40,000 nucleotides of DNA from Spirochaetota bacterium (GCA_026398635.1 JAPLSM010000037.1:1-40000); one strand, 5' to 3'. Shown: positions 15,205 through 23,337, counted from the first letter of the stretch. The notes: generated by a model from the letters alone, not told the origin. A program made the numbers and translations.

Positions 15205-16485
15205 ATGGAAGCGTTCACCAGCACGGAGAAATACCTCGCCGCACTCGAGGCGCGGGCGGCGCTGCCCACGGGATTCCGCGTGTCCACCGTGTCGCTCACC
15301 TTCAGGCCCGTCGAGCGCGACGTAGCGCAGCCGCTCGCGATGAACCTCTCGCTGATCCTGCTCGATCGCGAGACACCCGAGTTCGCCGCGGTGTACACCG
15401 CGAACCGGTTCCCGGGCGTGCCCGTGCTGCTTGGGCGCGAGCGCCTCGCGCGGGACGGAATCCGGGGCGTGCTCGTCAACAACCGGATCGCGAACGTCTG
15501 CGCACCATCGGGCCGGGGCGACGCCGAGCGCCTGCTGGCCGCGCTCGGCCGCGAAACCGGCTCGCCCGCCGACGCGTTCCTCCCCGCCTCGACGGGGATC
15601 ATCGGCTGGCGCCTTCCGGTGGCGGAGATGGAGGCTGCGCTGCCCGGCCTCGTCCGCGGCGCGCGGGGGGGCTCGTTCGCGCCGGTGGCGCACGCCATCA
15701 TGACCACCGACCGGTTCCCGAAGCTGCGCAGCCGGACCGTCGGCTTTGGGCGCATCGTCGGGATTGCCAAGGGCGCGGGCATGATCGAACCGCGCCTGGG
15801 AACCATGCTCTGCTTCCTCTGCACGGACGTCGGCGTGGGGCGCGAAGAGCTGCGTACCGCGCTCGCCTGGGCAGCGGACCGAACACTGAACCGCATCTCA
15901 ATAGACGGCGACCAGAGCACGAGCGACATGGCAATGCTGCTCTCCTCGCGGGCGAAGGGACCCGCGGATCCCGAGGCCTTCCGCGAGGCACTCCGCCAGG
16001 TGCTCGCCGAGCTGGCGGAGGACATCGTCAGGAACGGCGAGGGCACGTCGCACGTCATCCGGGTGACGGTGTCGGGCGCACCCGACGACGAGGCGGCGGC
16101 CGGCGCGGGAAAGGCCGTCGTGAACTCGCCGCTCGTGAAAACCGCGGTGTGCGGGAACGACCCCAACGTGGGGCGCCTCGCCAGCGCGATCGGCGACTGG
16201 GCCGGCGGCGCCGCGCCGTGGTTCGACGCGGCGTCCGTCACGGTCCGCCTGGGCGGCGTGGAGGTCCTGGCGGGGGGCGCCTTCCGGCTCGACACGGCGA
16301 AGGAGGAGCGCCTTTCCGCGTACCTGCGCGGCGCCGCCTTCGATCCCGCCGCGCGCGGGTTCCCGGCGCACGACCGGTGCGTGGACATCGAGGTGTCTCT
16401 GAACGGGGGGCCGGGGACGGCGGTGGTGCTCGGGTCGGATCTCAGCGCGGAGTACGTGCGCGAGAACGCGGATTACCGGTCATAG
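15205..16485 (+). CDS. argJ: Bifunctional ornithine acetyltransferase / N-acetylglutamate synthase
   Basis: ArgJ blocks TTDRFPK, the KGAGMIEPRLGTMLCFL autoproteolysis site (Thr nucleophile in G-TML), DGDQSTSD, GEGTSH and NSPLVKTA...G.DPNVGR. Start placed at MEAFTSTEKY within ORF 15118..16485. Confidence 0.9.
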   Translation: MEAFTSTEKYLAALEARAALPTGFRVSTVSLTFRPVERDVAQPLAMNLSLILLDRETPEFAAVYTANRFPGVPVLLGRERLARDGIRGVLVNNRIANVCAPSGRGDAERLLAALGRETGSPADAFLPASTGIIGWRLPVAEMEAALPGLVRGARGGSFAPVAHAIMTTDRFPKLRSRTVGFGRIVGIAKGAGMIEPRLGTMLCFLCTDVGVGREELRTALAWAADRTLNRISIDGDQSTSDMAMLLSSRAKGPADPEAFREALRQVLAELAEDIVRNGEGTSHVIRVTVSGAPDDEAAAGAGKAVVNSPLVKTAVCGNDPNVGRLASAIGDWAGGAAPWFDAASVTVRLGGVEVLAGGAFRLDTAKEERLSAYLRGAAFDPAARGFPAHDRCVDIEVSLNGGPGTAVVLGSDLSAEYVRENADYRS

Positions 16486-16538
16486 CCATGGATGGCTGAG
16501 GTCGGCCGTGCGCATGGGCTGCCGCCCTAGGAACGGCG
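16484..16538. repeat. Intergenic palindromic repeat, short member of the family (copy A)
   Basis: AGCCATGGATGGCT-GAGGTCGGCCGTGCGCATGGGCT-GCCGCCCTAGGAACGGCG lies between the convergent argJ and infA stops. It shares the CATGGATG hairpin module, the GGTCGGCC..GCGCATGG block and the GCCGCCCTAGG(G/A)ACGGCG block with other copies. Confidence 0.7.
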
Positions 16539-16757
16539 CTACTTCTCCCGGTAGATGATCCGACCCCGGGTGAGGTCGTACGGCGAGAGGGCGACCTTGA
16601 CCTTGTCGCCGGGGACGATGCGGATGTAGTGCTTGCGCATCTTGCCCGAGAGGTGCGCGAGGATGAGGTGCCCGTTCTCGAGCTCGACGCGGAACATGGT
16701 GTTGGGGAGGGACTCCTTCACCTTTCCATCGACTTCGATCGCTTCTTCCTTTGCCAA
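16539..16757 (-). CDS. infA: Translation initiation factor IF-1
   Basis: 72 aa from a TTG start: (M)[78 protein letters not shown] Shine-Dalgarno lies about 7 nt upstream. Confidence 0.93.
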   Translation of the reverse strand: MAKEEAIEVDGKVKESLPNTMFRVELENGHLILAHLSGKMRKHYIRIVPGDKVKVALSPYDLTRGRIIYREK

Positions 16758-16781
16758 ACGCGCTCCCCCTTTGTGCCATCC

Positions 16782-16810
16782 ACTGTAACGGCGCCGGTGG
16801 GCACTGTCAA
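16782..16810 (-). promoter_or_regulatory. Putative infA promoter
   Basis: Minus strand: TTGACA (16810-16805), 17 nt, TACAGT (16787-16782). Confidence 0.5.
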
Positions 16811-16837
16811 TCCGCGCTGCCCCGGCCATGCCCGAAC

Positions 16838-16866
16838 TTGACAAGCCGGTAACTTTGTGCTCTTAT
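16838..16866 (+). promoter_or_regulatory. Putative promoter of the dksA-like gene
   Basis: TTGACA (16838-43), 17 nt, TCTTAT (16861-66). The -10 element is weak. Confidence 0.3.
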
Positions 16867-16883
16867 TGGCGACCCTGAAGGAT

Positions 16884-17246
16884 ATGGATATGGAAGAAGC
16901 CTTCCTGCGGAAGATGCGGAACCTCCTCCTCACCCAGAAGAAAGAAATCCTGAGGAACCTCGCCTCCGAGAGCGAGGACTTCCGCACGATCATCGAAGAC
17001 ATGGACCCCAAGGACCTCGCCGACGTCGCGGCCGACGACATCGACCGCAAGACGCTCGAGGCTCTCGGTTCGGTGGAACTGCGGCGGCTGCAGCTCATCG
17101 AGAGCGCGATGTCCCGGGTCGAGAACAAGAAGTACGGCCTCTGCGCGAAGTGCGGGAAGAAGATCCCGCGCGAGCGCCTCGAGGCGATCCCCTACGCGCT
17201 CATGTGCATCAACTGCAAGGCCTCCGAGGAGCGCCGCAACCGCTGA
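16884..17246 (+). CDS. DksA/TraR family C4-type zinc-finger protein
   Basis: A coiled-coil region followed by CAKCGKKIPRERLEAIPYALMCINC. Start set at MDMEEAFLRKM within ORF 16857..17246. Confidence 0.8.
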   Translation: MDMEEAFLRKMRNLLLTQKKEILRNLASESEDFRTIIEDMDPKDLADVAADDIDRKTLEALGSVELRRLQLIESAMSRVENKKYGLCAKCGKKIPRERLEAIPYALMCINCKASEERRNR

Positions 17247-17301
17247 TCCGCTTCCCCTCCCGGTCCCCGCATGGTATGCTGGCCGGGGAGGATACCGAGC
17301 C

Positions 17302-17712
17302 ATGGTCGGAACCGTTTCGTCCGCACCCCAGCCCGCTGCTTCTCCGATCACCGCGCGCATCCGGGAGCACGCCGCCGTCTCCCGGCCGCAGGCCGCCGAA
17401 CAGCCCGCACGCGCTGCCGCGCAGGCGCGCAGCACCCCGCAGGCCCGAACCACGCCGCAGAAGACTCCCGACACGCGCGCCGAGAACGGCGTGCCCGCTT
17501 GGAAGCGGCGGATCGTCGACTCGCTCGCCGAGCAGCTCGACCGACGGGGTGCATCGCGCGGATCCCGGGTCCGCGAACAGCTCACCGCGGATAACATCGA
17601 CGAACGCATCATGAGCATGTCCCGGCAGCTGCGTGCCCGCGCGCAGGAGCGCACGGGCTACGGCCGGCCGGACGCGACGCACACCGGTATGGTGGTGAAC
17701 CGGGCGGTGTGA
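17302..17712 (+). CDS. Hypothetical protein (Ala/Pro/Arg/Gln-rich, no recognisable domain)
   Basis: 136-aa ORF with GC3-rich codons, lying downstream of the dksA-like gene. The coding call rests only on codon bias and position. Confidence 0.4.
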   Translation: MVGTVSSAPQPAASPITARIREHAAVSRPQAAEQPARAAAQARSTPQARTTPQKTPDTRAENGVPAWKRRIVDSLAEQLDRRGASRGSRVREQLTADNIDERIMSMSRQLRARAQERTGYGRPDATHTGMVVNRAV

Positions 17713-17815
17713 ACGCCGCGGCGCCCTAGACCACGGGCTCCCGTCACGCTCCACGTGACTGCCGCCCCCGGGATGGTCGGAGGTCGGCGCCGCCATGGAT
17801 GGCTCAGGCGCCGAC
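17713..17815. repeat. Intergenic palindromic repeat, long member (copy D)
   Basis: GCCCTAGACCACGGGCTCCCGTCACGCTCCACGTGACTGCCGCCCCCGGGATGGTCGG aligns with copy B. It is followed by a 9-bp hairpin GTCGGCGCC (17783-91)/GGCGCCGAC (17807-15), whose loop carries GCCATGGATGGC. Confidence 0.7.
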
Positions 17816-18492
17816 TACCGCGCCTCGCGCATGAACGGGTTCGTCTTCTTCTCGCGCTCGATCGTGGTGAAGGGCCCGTGGCCGGGGAACACGCGGGTCT
17901 CGGGGGGCAGCACCATGAGCCGGCGCTGGAGGCTGGCTCGCAGCTTCTTGTCGTCGCCCCCCGGGAGATCGGTTCGTCCCACGCCGTCGAAGAAGAGCGT
18001 GTCGCCCGAAAAGAGGACGCCCTCCTTCGACGACCACAGGCAGACACTGCCTGCGGTGTGCCCGGGAGTCTCGATCACCTCGAGATCCATGCCGAGCACC
18101 CGCCCGCCGTCCACCAGCACCGTATCCGCCTTCGGCAGCGGAGGGAACTCGTCGCCGAAGATCGCCGAGTCGATCAGGTCGAGGCTCTCGAGGCTCGTGC
18201 GATGGGCGTCCGCCGCCTTCGAGCCGAGGAACTTTCGGTCCGCGGCGTGGATGGCCACCGCGAGCGGGTAGCCGCGCGCGGCGTAGGACGCCTTCAGGAG
18301 GCCCACGGCGGCCACGTGGTCGAGATGCCCGTGCGTGAGCACGATGCCGACCGGGACCATGTTCAGCACGTCGACGCGCGCGGCAACGCCCTCGGGGTCC
18401 CCGCCCGGATCGATGATCACGCACTCCTTCTTCGCGCTGGAGTAGATATAGCAGTTGGTCTTCAGGGCTCCGACCACGACACGTTCGACCAT
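17815..18492 (-). CDS. MBL-fold metallo-hydrolase (glyoxalase II-like)
   Basis: 225 aa from MVERVVVGALKTNCYIY. Motifs THGHLDH, ETPGHTAGS, GD.LF and PGHG are present. ORF 17815..18846 carries an unlikely N-terminal extension. Confidence 0.85.
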   Translation of the reverse strand: MVERVVVGALKTNCYIYSSAKKECVIIDPGGDPEGVAARVDVLNMVPVGIVLTHGHLDHVAAVGLLKASYAARGYPLAVAIHAADRKFLGSKAADAHRTSLESLDLIDSAIFGDEFPPLPKADTVLVDGGRVLGMDLEVIETPGHTAGSVCLWSSKEGVLFSGDTLFFDGVGRTDLPGGDDKKLRASLQRRLMVLPPETRVFPGHGPFTTIEREKKTNPFMREAR

Positions 18493-18607
18493 GGCACCTC
18501 GAAGCCTACAGGGACTCCGGCCTGTTGTGCAAGATGAAGCCGCGGCCGGGCCCTCCTCATTGCCTTTCCCCCGGCGAACGTGCACACTGAACCCCGCCGT
18601 GGCGTGG

Positions 18608-19786
18608 ATGCTCGCGCCGGTCGCCGGCGTTGCCCTGCTCTTCTTCCTCGTGCTCCCCGGCGTGGGCGCCTTCCTCGCGCGAGCCCGGTGGCGCACGTTC
18701 CGCAGCGCGCTCAGCGCCGTCTCCCGCTGGCCAACCGCGGACGCGCGGCACGAGCCGCCTTCGTCCGGTGCGGGCGAGCCGGACGGGTTCGTCGGGTTCC
18801 ACCGGTTCTTCGGCTCGCTCGAGGCCCTGCAGGGCGACGACCGCATCTGGCTGTCGGGCGCCGCCGGGTCCGTGGCCGTCGACCTGCGAGGCGTCAGCGT
18901 CTACCTCCTGCCGGCTGCGACGGGTACCGGGCGCGCCCGGGCGGACGAGGAGCTGTCGAGCGTCCCCTGGAATCGCATCTTCGCGCTCAGCGAGGGCACC
19001 ACGCTGCTCGTCGGCGGCGCGCTGTACCGCGAGGAGGGACGGTCGATCTTCAAGGCCCGGGACGGCACTCCCCCGCTCGCGCTCATCTACGACTGCCCGC
19101 GGTCTGCGATCATGCGCCGTGCCATCCGCGGCGGGCGGCACGTGAACGAGTACTGGAACCCGTTCACGCTCCCGTCACTCGTCACCGGCTCGTTCATCCT
19201 GGCCGTCCTCGCCTGGATCCTCATGGGCAGGCCCGACGCGCGCTTCGCCGCTGTCACGGCGCTCGCCGCGGCCGTCAGCCCGCTCACCCCGTTCCTGCCC
19301 CCGGCCTTCCCCCTGTACTTCCTGTACCGGCTGTCCTGGCGACACGGGCGGCGCCTGCGGGCCGAGCGCGACCTCGCGAACCTGCCGCTGCGCTGGTTCC
19401 CGACCATGGCGGGCGGCACGGACCAGTTTGTTACGCTGCTGCCTGACCTGGAGCCGTACGCCATGCTGCGCGGAACGCTCGTCGACAGCCGTACGCTCGA
19501 CGCCGGCGGTCTGCGTGTGCGGCTGCCCGAAGGATCCATCCTCGCCTCCGAGGGCGAAGTGTGGGCGTTCGGGACCTGGCGCGAGGATCGAGGGGAGGTG
19601 TCGCTCGCCGAGCCCGACGATCCGCTCGCCGAGCTGGCCGTCGTGGCGGGGGACCCGCGCGTGCGGGCGGCACGGTGCAGCTCGGGCGCGCGCCGCTACC
19701 TGGCGGCGTCAGCAGCCCTGATCGGCCTCACGGTCGCGGTCAACCTGTTCCTGGTGCTGTACCTCGCCGCCCGGCTCGTCGGCTGA
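18608..19786 (+). CDS. Hypothetical integral membrane protein
   Basis: Start assumed at MLAPVAGVALLFFLVLPGVGAFL. There are hydrophobic helices at the N-terminus, in the middle (LPSLVTGSFILAVLAWILM, AAVTALAAAVSPLTPFLPPAFPLYFLY) and at the C-terminus (AALIGLTVAVNLFLVLYLAARLV). No family recognised. Confidence 0.5.
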   Translation: MLAPVAGVALLFFLVLPGVGAFLARARWRTFRSALSAVSRWPTADARHEPPSSGAGEPDGFVGFHRFFGSLEALQGDDRIWLSGAAGSVAVDLRGVSVYLLPAATGTGRARADEELSSVPWNRIFALSEGTTLLVGGALYREEGRSIFKARDGTPPLALIYDCPRSAIMRRAIRGGRHVNEYWNPFTLPSLVTGSFILAVLAWILMGRPDARFAAVTALAAAVSPLTPFLPPAFPLYFLYRLSWRHGRRLRAERDLANLPLRWFPTMAGGTDQFVTLLPDLEPYAMLRGTLVDSRTLDAGGLRVRLPEGSILASEGEVWAFGTWREDRGEVSLAEPDDPLAELAVVAGDPRVRAARCSSGARRYLAASAALIGLTVAVNLFLVLYLAARLVG

Positions 19787-20326
19787 GCGGCGCACCGCGG
19801 CGAGGAAGTGGATGCGGGACCCCGCGAACCGCCGGGAGTAGATCGAGGTGCAGGCCTCCCAGGGCGCGGCGAGGTCGGCGAGTCGAAATCCACCGTGCGC
19901 CAGCACCAGCACCTTCGCCTGCACGTAGTAGTCGAAGTAGTCCGTGGCGAACCAGAGCCGGCCGCCGGGCCTGAGGCCGTCGTGCAGCCAGCGCAGGTTG
20001 TCCATGGCGAAGAACCGCCGCTTGCGGTGCCGGCTCTTGGGCCAGGGATCGGGGAAGTACAGGTGGAAGGCGTCGACCGTGCCGGCCTCGATGTCCCGGA
20101 TGAAGCCCTCGGCGCTCTCGTGGACGATCACGACGTTGCCGAGGCCGTGGCGCTCGGCCTTCTCCCGCGCCTTGCGGCATCGCTTGTCCTTGATCTCCAG
20201 GCCGACGAGCAGCGTGTCGAGCCGGTGCGCCGCGTACTCGGCGATGAAATGCCCGTTGCCGCAGCCGATCTCGACCTCGACGCCCCCCGAATGCGGGTAA
20301 TCGCGGACGATCTCGCCGAGGGTCAC
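19709..20326 (-). CDS. trmB: tRNA (guanine46-N7)-methyltransferase
   Basis: The GTG start overlaps the upstream stop (GTGA). SAM motif VEVEIGCGNGHF and the FPDPWPKSRHRKRR signature are present. Only the last 205 codons of ORF 19709..21511 are used. Confidence 0.85.
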   Translation of the reverse strand: MTLGEIVRDYPHSGGVEVEIGCGNGHFIAEYAAHRLDTLLVGLEIKDKRCRKAREKAERHGLGNVVIVHESAEGFIRDIEAGTVDAFHLYFPDPWPKSRHRKRRFFAMDNLRWLHDGLRPGGRLWFATDYFDYYVQAKVLVLAHGGFRLADLAAPWEACTSIYSRRFAGSRIHFLAAVRRSADEPGGEVQHQEQVDRDREADQGC

Positions 20327-22047
20327 CGGGCCGGTTTCTCTTCCTTGCGCTTGGCCACCTCGACGTTCACCTGCCGGCCCTTGAGCTCCACGCCCGAGAG
20401 GCGCTGCACCGCCTCGGCAGCGCGCGCCGAGGCCACCTCGACAAACGAGTACTTCTCGAACACGCGCACCGCGCCGATCTCGGCGGCGGAGAGGCCGAGC
20501 CGTTCCTGGAAGAGCGCGGTGAGGTCGCGCGCGAACACGCGGCGGTTGCGTCCGGCGCTCACGAAGAGCTGGGTGAAGCCCCCCGCGGGCTCGCGCGAAG
20601 TCGGGCGGCCCGCCGGCCGCTCGCCGCGAGCTTCCCGCCGGGCGCCGCCTTCGCCCCGCCCCTCGCGCCGGCCGCCTCCCTCGCCCCGGAGCCCGCCCCC
20701 GGACCGTTCGCGCCCCGGCTGGGGGGCCACGGCCGGTTGCTGCAGCGCGGGACGGGCGGCGAAGCGGGGCAGCTGGGCTTTCAGCAGGAACGCGGCGAGC
20801 TGGGTGCGGCGCAGCAGCGGGACGCGCCCCCGCACGAGACCCGTGAGGCGGGAGAGCTCGGCGGGATTCTCCTCCGCCATGCGGTCGAGGATACGGTCGA
20901 GGGCGCCGCGGATTACCTCCGCGTCGCCGGGCAGGTCGAGCTTCGTCATGGTCACCCCGATTGCTTCTTCGAGTTTCGCGAGATCCCGGGCCTGGTTCGC
21001 TCCGACGAGGGCGACGAGCCGGCCGGACCCCGGCGCCGCGCGCCGCGCTTCCCGCGGCTGCGGCAGGTCGAGCCACACCACGAGCCCGGCGTCCCCCGCA
21101 TCCAGGTCGTCGGGCACGGGCAGGGGCACGAGCAGCGCGTCCAGCGTGCCCGCCGCGAGTCCGGCGATCGCGCGGCGCCGGGCAGGCGCCCCCGTGCCGG
21201 GCGGCAGGCTCTCGGCGCGCAGGAACAGGTCGCGGAGGCGGCGCGCCGACTTCTCGCCGCCCGTGCGGCCTCCGTGCAGCACGAGCGCGGGCGTCGACGG
21301 AAGGGAGAGCAGCAGCCTGACGAGGGCTTCCTCCCGGTCCGCGCCCTCCAGCGTGATCGCCTCGCACGGAGGCGCGCCCGCGGCCGGGACGGCCTGGTCC
21401 GCCTGGTCGGCAGCGGGGACGATCTCCGGGTGGTGCGCCAGGGCCAGCAGCTCCTCCTGGCCAGCGAGCGGCGGCCGGCCGAGCAGTACAGTCTGCCGGC
21501 GCGCGGGGCATTTCTCAAGCACGAACTGCACGTCGCGCACGAAGCTCTCCCGCGCCTCGCCCTCGGGCAGCGAGACGACGAGCGTCTCCAGCGTCTCCAG
21601 GCGCAGGCTGCCCCGGCGCAGGTGGTCGATGATACGGCCGGGCGTGCCGACCACCACCGCAGCGCCGGCTCCCAGGCGCCGCTGCTCGCGACGGGCGTCG
21701 TCCGAATCGCCCACGGCGGAGAATGACGGAGCGCGGCCGAGCACCTTGGCAAACCGCGCCCACTCCCGGGTCGCCTGGACGACCTCGTCGGAATCGGCGG
21801 CGAGGAGGGCGGCGACAGGCGATGCAGCTTCGCCGAAGGGTGCAGTGGAGCGGGCTCGGTAGCCGATAATCAGGGTGTAGACCGCAGCCGCGATCCTGCC
21901 CGATCCCGGCGCCGTTTCGGCGGCGGCATCCCTGCCCCGAAAAACGAGCGGGATCAGCCGCTGCTGGAAGGGCGTGAGGGAACGGAAGCCGACCCTGCGG
22001 AACTGGTCGAGGATCGCTGCGGGTGCTGGTTCGGGACTGACGTGCAT
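20323..22047 (-). CDS. DEAD-box RNA helicase homologue with degenerate ATPase motifs and a DbpA-type C-terminal RNA-binding domain
   Basis: Q-motif-like GFRSLTPFQQRLIP and GTPGRIIDHL are retained. Motif I reads APGSGRI (not GSGKT), DEAD is replaced by SLPE, and SAT by GRP. An RGG-rich linker precedes the DbpA-like tail FTQLFVSAGRNRRVFARDLTALF...VRVFEKYSFVEV...LKGRQVNVEVAK. Confidence 0.7.
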   Translation of the reverse strand: MHVSPEPAPAAILDQFRRVGFRSLTPFQQRLIPLVFRGRDAAAETAPGSGRIAAAVYTLIIGYRARSTAPFGEAASPVAALLAADSDEVVQATREWARFAKVLGRAPSFSAVGDSDDARREQRRLGAGAAVVVGTPGRIIDHLRRGSLRLETLETLVVSLPEGEARESFVRDVQFVLEKCPARRQTVLLGRPPLAGQEELLALAHHPEIVPAADQADQAVPAAGAPPCEAITLEGADREEALVRLLLSLPSTPALVLHGGRTGGEKSARRLRDLFLRAESLPPGTGAPARRRAIAGLAAGTLDALLVPLPVPDDLDAGDAGLVVWLDLPQPREARRAAPGSGRLVALVGANQARDLAKLEEAIGVTMTKLDLPGDAEVIRGALDRILDRMAEENPAELSRLTGLVRGRVPLLRRTQLAAFLLKAQLPRFAARPALQQPAVAPQPGRERSGGGLRGEGGGRREGRGEGGARREARGERPAGRPTSREPAGGFTQLFVSAGRNRRVFARDLTALFQERLGLSAAEIGAVRVFEKYSFVEVASARAAEAVQRLSGVELKGRQVNVEVAKRKEEKPAR

Positions 22048-22101
22048 ATGTTATCAATGAGGATACAGGCACTCATGGGCGCTGTCAAGGAAGGGGACCC
22101 C

Positions 22102-23337
22102 ATGGAACGTGAACGACGTCCCGCGAGGATGTACGCGGGCAGCTGGCCGCTCATCATGTGCCTCCTCGTGTGCGCGGCCGCCGCGTCGGCCGGGGAGCTG
22201 CGCTACGCCTACGAGAAGGGCGAGCAGTACCGCATGGTGACCCGGGTGAACGAGCGCGTGCTGATAAACGGGACGCATTCGCACCAGGCCGACATCCTCA
22301 ACCGTATTGCGGTCAAAGTCACCGACGTCCGCGACGGATCGGGTCTGCACGACGCGGTCTTCCAGACCTCGGAGCGCGCGTACGGCTCGAGCGGTACCTA
22401 CGAGTGGTCGGAGGACTACGACTCCGTGTTCTGGCGCGACGCGCGGGGCGCCTTCGACATCGAGGACCGCTATTTCATGCCCGTGGTGAGAAATGTGCCG
22501 CTGTTCCCGCAAAAGACGGTCTCCCCCGGTGAAACCTGGTCGGCCGCGGGATGGGAGGTGCACGACTTCCGGGCGAGCTTCGGCCTCCAGGATCCCTTCT
22601 CGTTCCCGATCACCGTGGCCTACACGTACCTCCGGGACGAGGTTCGGAACGGCATCGACTGCGCGGTGATCGGGATCAGCTACACCGTGTTCCAGAAGCT
22701 CACCACCGTCCCCCGCACGACCCGCACGTACCCCGTGCGCCTCGCCGGCACCTCCGCGCAGACGCTCTGGTGGGACAAGGGGGCGGGGCGCGAGCTCGCT
22801 TACACGGAGACCTTCGATTTCCTCTTCACCCTGGCCACCGGCGACGAGGTCGAGTATGTGGGCGAGGCTTCCGGGGAGCTGATCGAGGCGAAGCCGCTCG
22901 ACCGGGCCGCCACCACGGCCGAGATAAAAAGCGAGCTCGAGCGTCAGAAGGTCGAGGGTGCCTCGGTGCGCTCGGATGACCTCGGCGTGACGATCACCCT
23001 CGAGAACGTGAACTTCCAGGCGAACTCGGACACGCTCCTGCCCACGGAGCAGGAAAAGCTGCGCCGCATCGCCTCGATCCTTCGTAACTACCCGGACCGC
23101 GACATCCTGGTCACCGGCCACACTGCGGGCGTGTCCGGATACACCGCCCAGCAGCACCAGGAACTCTCCGAGCTGCGGGCGAAGGCCGTGGGCGATTTCC
23201 TGCTCTCCCTCGGCGCGCGCAGCGCGGGCCAGATCACGACCCGGGGCATGGGCGCGGGGTTTCCGATAGGCGACAACGCGACCGAGGAGGGCCGCCGGCG
23301 CAACCGCCGGGTGCAGATCACGATCCTGGAGAACTAG
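22102..23337 (+). CDS. OmpA-family protein (unknown N-terminal domain plus OmpA-like peptidoglycan-binding C-terminus)
   Basis: Signal-like WPLIMCLLVCAAAASA. C-terminal OmpA_C blocks: NVNFQANSDTLLP, LRNYPDRDILVTGHT, LSELRAKAV, GMGAGFPI, NRRV.I. The start (22102 versus nearby ATGs) is uncertain. Confidence 0.8.
   Translation: MERERRPARMYAGSWPLIMCLLVCAAAASAGELRYAYEKGEQYRMVTRVNERVLINGTHSHQADILNRIAVKVTDVRDGSGLHDAVFQTSERAYGSSGTYEWSEDYDSVFWRDARGAFDIEDRYFMPVVRNVPLFPQKTVSPGETWSAAGWEVHDFRASFGLQDPFSFPITVAYTYLRDEVRNGIDCAVIGISYTVFQKLTTVPRTTRTYPVRLAGTSAQTLWWDKGAGRELAYTETFDFLFTLATGDEVEYVGEASGELIEAKPLDRAATTAEIKSELERQKVEGASVRSDDLGVTITLENVNFQANSDTLLPTEQEKLRRIASILRNYPDRDILVTGHTAGVSGYTAQQHQELSELRAKAVGDFLLSLGARSAGQITTRGMGAGFPIGDNATEEGRRRNRRVQITILEN

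Noticed and set aside
12943-15693. 916-aa minus-strand ORF, the longest in the track. Similar long ORFs: 4792..7182 (-), 6650..8794 (-), 19808..21862 (+), 14925..16388 (-), 25367..27280 (+), 36244..37830 (+), 32604..34169 (+).
   Set aside because: They lie antisense to, or out of frame with, genes that have clear family motifs (purC, the EEP gene, argJ, polX, nth, ilvD, the permeases). Their translations are Arg/Ala/Gly/Pro-rich low-complexity strings typical of stop-poor alternative frames in 70% GC DNA.
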